In this document: positions 51,162 through 60,615 of the stretch, piece by piece
How positions within the stretch are numbered: position 1 is the first letter of the stretch
Layout: each line of letters begins with the position of its first letter
From: Euglena gracilis
Taxonomy: Eukaryota
Direction of reading: 5' to 3'
NCBI GenBank assembly: GCA_039621445.1
Contig: CP154954.1
Span: 41,719,572 to 41,783,571 of the forward strand
Length of the DNA stretch: 64,000 nucleotides
Made by a program: the position numbers and the translations under genes
Notes under the pieces: model-generated
Database searches by the model: none
Told to the model about the DNA's origin: nothing
The model's input: only the letters and a program-made list of their open reading frames with translations

Positions 51162-52265
51162 ATGACTGAGTCACCACCGCCTGAACAAGAGCCTGAGCAT
51201 CAGTCCACTCTACAGGACATCGAGGAGAAGCTGAAGGACCTCGAGCTCAGAGTCTTCGGCCACGAGTCCAAGGACTCGTCAACCCCTCTCGTTTCCCCGT
51301 TCACACCCCACTCTTTTTGGGAGAAGAGGATTGAGAAGTTCAAGGGTAGCTTGGAGTTGAAAGAAAGTTCTGTGACAGCCAAACTCCCTCCTATCCCGTT
51401 GCCTTCGTTTGATGGTTCGGACCTTGAAGCCTTTTTGAAAGAGTTTGAACGTTGGTTGCGTCTTTCCGGTGTGAAAAGTGCCCCAGAAGCTTTCCAGTTG
51501 GATTGGCTCATCCAATGTGTTGTTCCCAAGTACAGAAAGGTTGTTGAAAAGGTTGTTGAGGATCAGCCCCAGCTTGACAAAGTGCTTTTGGCATTGTCCC
51601 AACTGTTTCCGAAGCTCGAGAACGACCTTACGCTTCGGGAATCCCTTGACCATCTCCAGTCCCTTTCAGCCACCCCAGACCCAGCCACAGTGAAAAGGTT
51701 GTTGGTTGAGTTTGAGGAGGTGACAGCCAGAATGTCAAAGGGAGCTTTGGGAGACCAGGAAAAGTACCTATACCTCTCCAAGAAAATTCACCCCAAGATG
51801 TTTTCTGAGTTGAGACAAGACAGGTACTACAAAAGGAGGACAGAAACTTATGAGGACTTGAAAGTTTGCTTGCTGGAAAAGGCCCAAGAAGATTGGTTGG
51901 AACGTCATCTTCAAAAGAAAATTTCGCTGCATACTCTCCAGGAAACACCCCAGCCACAAAAATCCCAAGGAGACTTGCCCATGGTTGATTCCCAGGTTTC
52001 TTCATCTTCCAAGCCTTCAGGGTTTTCCCAGGTGCAAGGCAAAGGAAAAGGCAAAGGAGTTTACCCCAAAGGCAAAGGAAGTGGTCCTGCCAAAGGCAAG
52101 GGCAAAGGCAAGGGTTTTTCCCATGTGCAAGGTGTGCAAAGTCAGCCCAACCAACGTGGACCCCCTCAGTTGTCTGTTTCTCTTTGGTGCAAGTTTTGTG
52201 GAAAGAAAGGTCATTATGAGGACAAATGTTGGAAAAAAAACAAGGAGGAAAGAAAAGCCAAATAA
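51162..52265 (+). CDS. gag: Gag with CCHC zinc knuckle
   Basis: 367-aa ORF; LPSFDG..LEAFL.EFE capsid-like start; CKFCGKKGHYEDKC; (GK)n tract. Confidence 0.92.
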   Translation: MTESPPPEQEPEHQSTLQDIEEKLKDLELRVFGHESKDSSTPLVSPFTPHSFWEKRIEKFKGSLELKESSVTAKLPPIPLPSFDGSDLEAFLKEFERWLRLSGVKSAPEAFQLDWLIQCVVPKYRKVVEKVVEDQPQLDKVLLALSQLFPKLENDLTLRESLDHLQSLSATPDPATVKRLLVEFEEVTARMSKGALGDQEKYLYLSKKIHPKMFSELRQDRYYKRRTETYEDLKVCLLEKAQEDWLERHLQKKISLHTLQETPQPQKSQGDLPMVDSQVSSSSKPSGFSQVQGKGKGKGVYPKGKGSGPAKGKGKGKGFSHVQGVQSQPNQRGPPQLSVSLWCKFCGKKGHYEDKCWKKNKEERKAK

Positions 52266-52352
52266 AAGGAGAAAAGTTCACCCCCATCCTCACAAACCCC
52301 CACACAACAACCCGATTCAGCCAAAAAGAGGAAAATTGACACACTCCACATC

Positions 52353-52720
52353 TTGAAAGGTACATCCCTCATCACCAATGTGACCATCAATGGGACATCC
52401 CTCAAGGCCATCATCGACAGTGGTGCAACAACAAGTGCCATTGCCCGGAAATGTGTTCCACCAGGTGCAATCATCAGATCGATGGTTGTCCCCATCCAAG
52501 TTGGAAATGGTGATGTGATTTTTTCGGATGGGATAGCCGAGCTCACTCTCCAATTTGGGGAGAGCATTTTGAAGCAAGAGGCGTTGGTCATCCAAACAAA
52601 TGCCTTTGAAGCCGTTTTAGGCATGGATGTTTTGACCAATGAAAAAGTGGGTGGTCTTTTGACACAACCCCCCCCTTGCAAGTTGCTCGTGGAAGGAAAA
52701 AAGTATCCTTTGATGGAAAA
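52353..52720 (+). CDS. pol: Retroviral-type aspartic protease
   Basis: LKAIIDSGATTSAI and AVLGMDVL; same frame as gag, beyond the TAA at 52263. Confidence 0.93.
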
Positions 52721-52759
52721 TGATGGTTCAAGGATTCATCGGATTTACCGACACTTCAA

Positions 52760-53250
52760 AAGGGAAAGTTACACACTTGTCCCCAATGTCAAAAAGGAAG
52801 TTCTTTCTCGTTTGGAAATGAACGATTTTGACATCGAGGTGGACCTATTCTCAAACCACAGGAATTTCCAAGAGGCTCGGTATTGTACGGGGCGAACAAC
52901 TCAGTTATCTACGATTGGAGTCGGATTGGAGAAAAGGAAAGTTCCATTTTGTGGGCGAATCCTCCTTTCTCGGTCCTCGACCGAGTTTTGACCAAGGTGG
53001 CCATGGAACCTCTCCGGATGGTTTTAGTTTGCCCGGATTGGGGAGATTTTTATTGGATACAAATTTTGGAAAAGCTTTCCATTGCTCAAGTTCAAGTCCC
53101 CAATGGCATGGAAACGTACCGTTCCGATTTTCAAGAAAAAGCATTGCCAGCCCCACAATGGAATACAATTGTTTCAGTTTTGGATTCCAAGTCGAAAAGC
53201 ATCCCGATTTCGGAGTTGGACCCCAAGATCGTGAAATGGATTTTGAGAAA
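52760..53250 (+). CDS. Dam-like DNA N6-adenine methyltransferase domain (1-nt frameshift at ~52890)
   Basis: EVDLFSNHRN...YCT / NSVIYDW...ILWANPPFSVLDRVLTKV...MVLVCPDWG..YW; NPPF at 52958-52969. Confidence 0.85.
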
Positions 53251-53504
53251 TGTCGGAAATGGGATTTGGAGCATTTGGTGAATGAACTCAAAAAGTACCC
53301 CAAAGTGAGTGTTGAGGGCATGGAAAGGGAGATTCAAGTGGATGTTGATGAAATCCCATTGTCTCCCCCCGTTTCACCCATCTCATCCTTGCCCCATGAC
53401 TCTCTTTTTCAGATGGAGAAAATACAAGTGTCATCGAAGTGGGTGCGGAATTATCAATCGAAGTGGATTTGAGCTTCACCGAGTAGGACCACAAGCCAGC
53501 AACA

Positions 53505-56500
53505 ATGGTGTCAAATATTGAAGAATTGGAGTTCAATGGAGCCGATGGTATGGAAGTCCGAGGTACCCCCTCTTCCCCCTTCACCGTTTCGGATGGAGAA
53601 TTGTCCAAGGTGTGTGAAAAGCTTTTGCAACAAATTCCCGTCCCACAAAAAGATGGTTTGTTTGACAAGGAAACCGAGAATTTGCATGGTGATTTGCAAG
53701 GTGATCTTGCCCGTTTTGAAAAGGAACCCCAATTGAAAGTGCTCCTTGAAAAGTACATGGAAATTTTTGGTCTTCTCCCAAGTACCGGCATGGGTTGTCA
53801 ACTCGTCCAATGTGATTTGAAACTCAAGGATGAGTTCAAGGGGAGGGTGATCCGTGGCAAATGTTGGCCAATGAGCGAAAAGGATTCCATGGAAATTCAC
53901 AAACAAGTGAATGAATTGGTGGAAAGTGGGTTGGTGGAGAGCTACCCCAAAGGAAAGACCCCAACCCATTGTTCTCCAACATTTTTGGTGGAAAAGAAGG
54001 AAAGCCAATCGAAAAGGATGGTGGGCCAATACAAAAAGGTCAAGGACCATGTGAAAAGTCGTTCGGCATTTTTACCAAACATGGAACAAATGGTCGAAAA
54101 TTTAGCCCAATGTCGATAGAAATCAAAACTCGACCTAAGAAGTGGGTTTTGGCAAGTTGGTTTGAGTGAAAGGGCAAAAAAACTCACCGCATTTGTCACC
54201 CCGAATGGTCAAGTGTGGCAATGGAATTGCATGCCATTTAGAATTCAAGCCGCACCCACAATTTTTCAAGAACTCATGGAAAGGGTGATTTCGGAAATGA
54301 AGGAAAATCCAAAGGTTGCAAATTTGTTGGAACCGAAAAATGGCCAAAGGAAATGTTTTGTGGGAGCATTTTTCGATGATGTCGGGGTGGGAGCATCGAC
54401 CATCCCCGAACATTTGTTTTTGTTGGAGGAACTTTTCAAAGTGGTGAAAAAGAACAAGCTCCGAATAAAGTTGACCAAGTGTGACTTTTTGAAAGAAAGC
54501 ATTGAGTACCTTGGTTTTTCGGTTCAATGGGCATCATGGAGGCCAAGTGAGAAAAATATTCAAGCTTTGGTGGATTTCAAAGTGAAACGTTTGAAAGATC
54601 TCCGTGCTTTTTTGGGAGCTTGCAACTTTTTTCGTCGCCATGTGAAAGCATTCACATTTTCAAGTGCGGACTTGACCGATCTTCTCAAGAAAAATGCAAG
54701 ATTTGTTTTGACCCAAAAAGAAGAAAAGCTCATCCAGGACATCAAGCAAAAACTTTTGGATGCGGTGCCCCTTGGGGTACCACGGTCGTGTGGAGAAATG
54801 GTTGTCATTACTGATGCCTCCGACCGGGGGGGAGGTGGAACGATTTTTCAATGGCAATCGTTGGACCCCTCTCAAGTCCCTCAAGGATTCACAACCCAAG
54901 GTATGTCCAAGGAAGGTGTGCTCATTCACAATTACCCAAATGAATTTCGGTTGGTACCCATCGGGCATTGGAATTGGAAATGGTGCCCCACAAGATCCCG
55001 GTATTCCACCTTTGAACAAGAACTTTTGGCCGGTGTGCTAATGTTTTCAACGCAAAGTCGAATTTTGCAAGGTTTGCCGGTTGTTTGGTTTTGTGATCAT
55101 GAGGCCCTCAAGAATTTCCTGGACAAAGAACCCCCCGTGAATCAAAGATTGAGACGTTGGTTTTGTTTTTTGGGTCAATTCATGATCAAGATTGTGCATA
55201 CACCCGGAATGAAAAATGAGTGGTGTGATTGGTTGTCAAGGAGTCATTTTGACCAAAAGTTCAATGTTGAATTCGAAAATTTGGCAAAAGTTACATTCGA
55301 AAAGATGGACTCCCAATTGGATCTTTCTTTGCAAGTTTTGTCGTTTGAGATGAAAGATTTCAATTTTCCATTGGATTACCCATCGAGTGATTTTGCCGAG
55401 ATTTGGGAAAAATTGGAACCATGGAAAGCTCAAGTCATCGATGATTGTTTGTGGTTCAAGGCCAAAGACAAACTTTTTTGTGAGCGAAAATTGGCCATCC
55501 CCAAGGAAAGTCTTCCCCAAGCGTCATCGTGGCTTCATCGAGCTCATGGTCATCCCGGTCCCGAGCGGACGCTTTGGTCATTTCTCCAAAATTTCCATTC
55601 ATCCCTCTCAAGAAAGGATTTGTTCGGTTTGTTTCGGAATGTTTTGGGTTCGTGTGAAACATGTGTCATGTCAAAGCCAAGTTCACAATCCGATCGTGGA
55701 CTTTTGGGTTGTTTGCCAATTCCTCCCCTTTGCAACGACATCATTTTTCTCGATTTTGTCGCCCTTGATGAATTCAATTCTTTTGATTACGCTTTGGGCA
55801 TTGTGGATGGTTTGAGTCGGTTTTGTTTGTACCTCCCATGCCACAAAGAAGTGACGGGTGAAAAAGTCTTGAAGATGATTTTGAAAGAATGGGTGGAAAA
55901 ATTTGGTCGCCCCAACGAAGTTTTGAGTGATAATGACATTCGCTTCAAGTCAAGTTCCGGTTTTTACCAAGAGGCCATGAAATCACTCGGAATCAAGGTT
56001 TCGTTCTCTCTTCCGAGGCATCCTTCATCAAATGGTTTGATGGAAAGAGAAACTCGTTCGTTTGTGCAAACATTGAGATGTCTTGTGCACGAAACGGGTA
56101 CAAAAGATTGGCCAAAGTTGCTTCCGTACGTCAATTTTCTGATGAACAGCCAGATTTCAAGTTCGACGGGAATGTCTCCATCGGAACTTTTCCTCGGTCG
56201 ATCTCCATGGAAATTCGAAAGTGTTGGAGAACCGTGTGAAAGCCCATCTGTCGAAAATTGGATTTTGGAACAGATTTTGATTCAAGAAAAGGCAAGTTTG
56301 AGGCTGAAACATCTCAGAAGTTTGGCGATGGAGCGGAAAAACAAGGTTCGAAAACCTGCCGTTTATGAAATTGGTCAATTTGTCCTCGTCCACAAGTCTC
56401 GATGGCCCCAGAGAAAAGTCGAAAAGATCGCCAGTCCATGGTTTGGACCCTACAAAGTTGTTCAAGTGCACTACAACTCTTTGCAAATTTTGGCATCTCC

Positions 56501-56560
56501 ATCATTGGGAGGTTTGGTGAAAGGTTTCGTTCTCCCAAGTGAAACACTGGAGTTCTGTCC
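53505..56560 (+). pseudogene. pol: Pol: RT - RNase H - integrase (in-frame TAG at 54117-54119)
   Basis: SPTFLVEKK, SKLDLRSGFWQ, TAFVTP, MPF, AFFDDV, KC.F....EYLG; ITDAS, EQELLA, CDH, N...DWLSR; H..HGHPG...CETC, LDFV, SDND, SNGLMER; WFGPYKV. Confidence 0.96.
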
Positions 56561-57579
56561 ATGACCCACACAATGACACTTCGTTTTTGTCAGAGGAGTG
56601 TGAGGAATTTGATGGTGCACAAACCCCTGCTTCATTCACAGGTCACACACACGACCGAGGAACAGGCGGCGAACAGCGAGGCGCAAGCGACGCACACAGA
56701 GGCGCACGCGACGAACGCACGACAAAACCAGAACACGACAGAACAAGGCCAGAACAGGAAACGCGAGGCGAAAGGCCCAGAACAGCCGAACGAGCACGCG
56801 ACGCACGGCCGAGCGCACGCGACGAACCCCCAGAAAGACCAGAAGGACCCAACCCCCAGAAAGACCAGTTTTCTTCTAATTTTCCCTCTCAGATGGTTAC
56901 CAGAAGTAAGGCCCGAGGGCCAGAATCAAGTTTCAATTCAAAGAATTCAAATTTTGGAGTTGGTCGACCCAGAGGTGAATCGAAGAGAATTTGGCAGAAA
57001 AAGTCGGAGTTTGAGAAGGACAACCTGGAGGAGAGTGGTCCAGATGGACCTTTGCAGCAGGCTGCTGCAGAAGCTGCTGATCACCTTGAAGTTGATGTTC
57101 AAAATGTTGATGATCTTGCTGTTCAACTTCCACAAGATGAACTTCAACATGATGGTGTTCTGGGGCCTGTGGCCCCAACACTGCAGCCCAGTGCTGCAGA
57201 TTCTGTGCCTGTTTTCCTAGTTTCACAGTCAGAACCAGAAAAAGTCAGCAGTTTTGCTTCAGAATGTGTTTCAGATTTGCCCAAAACAGCCAGACAGTTT
57301 TCAGAAATGGAGGCTGCAAAAATGGGTTTTTACAATGTTGAAGCCATTTTGGATCACAAGTTCAGAAATGGTTGGAGGTTTCTGACAAAGTGGGAGAATT
57401 ACCCAGTGCATTCATCAACATGGGGACCAGTCAGAAGTTTCATTTTGCCAGGTGGAAGAATGAACTCAGTTTTTCAGAATTACATTCATGACAGTGGTTT
57501 GCAAGAGGTTTTGAAGAAAGTGCAGAAGAATGTGAATACCCAACCCAGTCCAGTTTTCACAGTCAAACTGTTTCCATGA
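56539..57579 (+). CDS. Integrase C-terminal linker and chromodomain (~57328-57490)
   Basis: FYNVEAILDHKFRNGWRFLTKWENYPVHSSTWGP; joins IN if one G at ~56523 is removed (LVKVSFSQVKHW). Confidence 0.88.
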   Translation: MKHWSSVHDPHNDTSFLSEECEEFDGAQTPASFTGHTHDRGTGGEQRGASDAHRGARDERTTKPEHDRTRPEQETRGERPRTAERARDARPSARDEPPERPEGPNPQKDQFSSNFPSQMVTRSKARGPESSFNSKNSNFGVGRPRGESKRIWQKKSEFEKDNLEESGPDGPLQQAAAEAADHLEVDVQNVDDLAVQLPQDELQHDGVLGPVAPTLQPSAADSVPVFLVSQSEPEKVSSFASECVSDLPKTARQFSEMEAAKMGFYNVEAILDHKFRNGWRFLTKWENYPVHSSTWGPVRSFILPGGRMNSVFQNYIHDSGLQEVLKKVQKNVNTQPSPVFTVKLFP

Positions 57580-58319
57580 AATTTGGTGCCTTGGGCATCA
57601 GAAACTGACCCCAGCATGCACAACCAGCCAAGAAAGCAGAATAACCCCTCTCTTTTCTAAGTGCCAGCCCAGCTGCTGAGGAGTAGGATGTCTGGGTGCA
57701 GAAGCCACAGGGCCAGAAGGCACTTAGGTCTTGCACCTAAGAGTGGAATCAGCCTGAATTCGAATGCCATTTTGGCCAGGCCATGATTCTACCATCAGGT
57801 TCGCCAGCACCAGACCACAAACCACAACAAGTCATCTGATCATCTTCATCATCATGTTCTTCTTCATCATGATCATTTTTCAGAAGCTGTTGTTGTTCAC
57901 CATTTTGATGAAGATAGAGCTGTCGTTCTTCATTTTGATGTTCGCTGACTTTGGTGTTCTTTGTCTTGATGTTCACTGTTGGACATGTTGTTCACGGTTC
58001 CGTCTGGAATTTCAGAATGATGTTTGATTATGGCTTTTCCCAGTTTTTGTGTGAGAGAGAAAGGCCAGAGAGAGAGCAAACGGGAAAGAGAAAGAAAACC
58101 CCCCCACAGCCACAAACGACACAAGCTGGCTGGTGTAAAAAGTTTTTGATTTCTCTTCCACTGCCCCCTGACCAAAAAAAAAACAACAAAAAAGTGAACA
58201 ATTGATGCCGCTTTTACGGCCCACGTTCACGAGTCCAAAAAAAAAAAAGACCCTCGCCTGAGAATTCAGTCAAGTCTTTTGAGCCCGCTTTTTGTGTGCT
58301 TGGTGGGCTTTGCTTCACC

Positions 58320-58330
58320 AAGGGGGGGGA
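58320..58330 (+). promoter_or_regulatory. Polypurine tract
   Basis: aagggggggga just before the 3' LTR TG. Confidence 0.75.
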
Positions 58331-58331
58331 T

Positions 58332-58750
58332 TGAAAAGGTGGCTTTGGCTACCTTCCCCCCCCCCTGACCTCCCTGGGCAGTGGATGAAAGAGACCCCCT
58401 TTGCTCATAAAAGAAAGGTGCAAGAACCTGACTTCACAATTGGCCCATGTGTCCTTCATGGGGGGGGGGCTTCCACAAAGGAGTCTTCCCCAACGCCCCT
58501 CCCAAACCGCCCAACCACATTCTCTACTGATTCTTACTGTGACGTTCCTGACTTTTTGGTGTACATATGTCTCACCTTTCTGCACAGGCTGGCCTTGGTG
58601 CTTTGTTAAACAATGTGTTTTATGCTTGTGGATTGGAAGTAAAAGTGCCACGAAGGAGGATTTGGAAAAAGGTCGAGAGAGAGGAGAGTTCAAAAAAAAA
58701 GAAGGATTCTACGCAAGCTTAGTCCAAGAAGAAGGACAAAAAGCTTTACA
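58332..58750 (+). repeat. 3' LTR (419 bp)
   Basis: TGAAAAG...CTTTACA imperfect terminal IR, preceded by the PPT; 3' end matches the 5' remnant. Confidence 0.85.
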
Positions 58751-60045
58751 CAAACCCGGCTGGGCGACGCCTTTGAACCAGTTCGGAAATGGATCGGGAG
58801 CGATGCGTTGTGCCCCGAGGACACTTCCCACCATGACCAAGCTTGGTGGAGTGAACAGCTACGGCTGGCCGCACGCCCGGCATTTCTGTCCGCTCTCAAT
58901 GATCGGGACCGGATTCGCTTTGAGCATCAACATAATTCTATCTGCTCGAGCTGGATCGGGGCCCGCCCATCCAAGGCGGCCGGGTTTGCCGTTGACGGAG
59001 CGTCTTTCCGCCTCATGCTAAAATGGCACCTAGGGTTGCCCATCATCCCCCTCAGTCTTGCCGGTTCCCCCTGCCCCCTCGGCTGCGGACAGGTCGTTGA
59101 CCCTTTTGGTTACCACGCCATGTGCTGCCACAAGAACAAATTGTGGGAACGTCACCATCGGGTACAGCACTTCCTGGGGACCCAGGTGCAGGCACGAGGT
59201 ATCCCGCATGCTCTGGAGATCTCGGTGGCCGCTGACCAGAAACGGGATGCGGACATCTTCCTTCCCCACTGGTCCGGCGATGCGTCCTGGGCCATTGATG
59301 TCGGCATCAACCACCCCTCCCCGCCCAGTGCCAGTTGGAGCCTCCCCGCCTGGTGGGAATTACTCCGCAGCAGAGCCCTTAAGAAAACCGCCAAATACGG
59401 AGGCCGCTGCCAAACCCGAGGTGCGCGGTTCTCCCCCATGATCCTCAGCGTATGGGGTTCCTTTGGGGGAGATGGCCAACGCGTATGGGAGGAACTACGG
59501 CAACGTCTTGGCGCCACTGCCTCCGGTGGCGCCCGGAATGTCTTCCTGGCTGAGCTACAACAGGGTCGGTCCTTGGCCCTGTTCTCTGGGGTGGCCACCC
59601 AACTTGGGGCCCTCCTCATAACCAAGGAACTGGGTCACACCGTTGCTGCCTTCTGAGCACGGCACCCTCCGCTCCCGGGTTTCCATACGCCCTGGCTCCT
59701 CACGCTCCGTCCAATGATAATGGACATGGCTTCGGCCGGGCATTGAGCTTGCCACCCCGTTCCCCACTACACTGCCCCTCTCGCCGCACATCCTTCCCTC
59801 CACCCCCTCCCCTCCCTCCCTCCCCACGCAGGGGACTGGCTACCTACACAGCGCCGTTCACTTGTCACCTAACCCCTACAACCTCTGCTTCTACCGCCGC
59901 CATTCCCTTCTGTCTTCATGTGCGCACCCTGACTTTCCATGGGGCTTCCCCATCTGTTCACTAGCCTTCCCCCCTGAACACCTCAAATCCAGTAGGCTGC
60001 GCCACTGGTCGGTGGATTTGGTTCGCCCCACCACCGCAGTAAAAA
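58751..60045 (+). mobile_element. 3' part of a CRE-clade (REL endonuclease) non-LTR retrotransposon; ORF ends at 59656
   Basis: Frame open from 58751; CPLGC...DPFGYHAMCC...RHH, RDADI...AIDV, KKTAKY, FSPMILSVWG. 3' end approximate. Confidence 0.85.
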
Positions 60046-60424
60046 GATTCAATTCATTCGGGGGGTTATTTGTTTTCAATTCAAGGTGTTCACAGAACTC
60101 ACGGTGGGTAGCACTGCTTCACCCAAACCGTGCCCCGGGCCCAGGGAAACGTCTCTTTTGGCCCTCGCCACAAGAGGAACCCCCTTGTGACTCCCTGTGC
60201 CGCCACAGGTCGCGGGTAGCTTATAATGTGGGTGTAATGTACAAAAGATTGATGAGATATACTTGGTCAGGGTGCGGAGGTCAGTGGTTAGCGGAAGATG
60301 AGCAAAGGTCACCTTGTTATTTGTCTGTCTTATAAGTGATAAAAGCGAAAACGGTGGTGGGGCGAGCCGAGTCCACCGACCAGTGGCACAGCCTACTGGA
60401 TTTGAGTGTTCAGGGGGAGGGCTA
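59962..60424. repeat. ~75-bp inverted repeat pair (59962-60036 / 60352-60424)
   Basis: tagccttccccctgaacacctcaaatccagtaggctgcgccactggtcggtgga...ccccaccaccg is the near-exact reverse complement of 60352-60424. Confidence 0.9.
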
Positions 60425-60615
60425 TATACAGAAGCGGAAGCAGCGGCCAGTCTGAGGTACAGGTGAGGGCGTGTAAAGTCGAGCAGTCTTGGTAGCAGGG
60501 AAGACGGAGGGGCGAGGGGAAACTTGGCGGATGTTGTGTGAGGAGCGTTGGGGGGTGAGGGGCGGGGGGCGTGGTGGCTGGTGTGTGTGTGTTTGTGTTT
60601 TGTGTGTGCTTGTGG

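Larger units (their letters stand above)
50758..58750 (+). mobile_element. Degenerate Ty3/gypsy chromodomain-bearing LTR retrotransposon with an adenine methyltransferase domain
   Basis: Order is LTR remnant, PBS, gag, PR, MTase, RT, RNase H, IN, chromodomain, PPT, LTR. In-frame stops at 52263, 53484 and 54117; four 1-nt frameshifts. Confidence 0.96.

Noticed and set aside
52885-56530. Frameshifts at ~52890, ~53247, ~53407 and ~56523 as programmed recoding
   Set aside because: Single-base indels in short runs alongside nonsense codons; decay or consensus error is simpler
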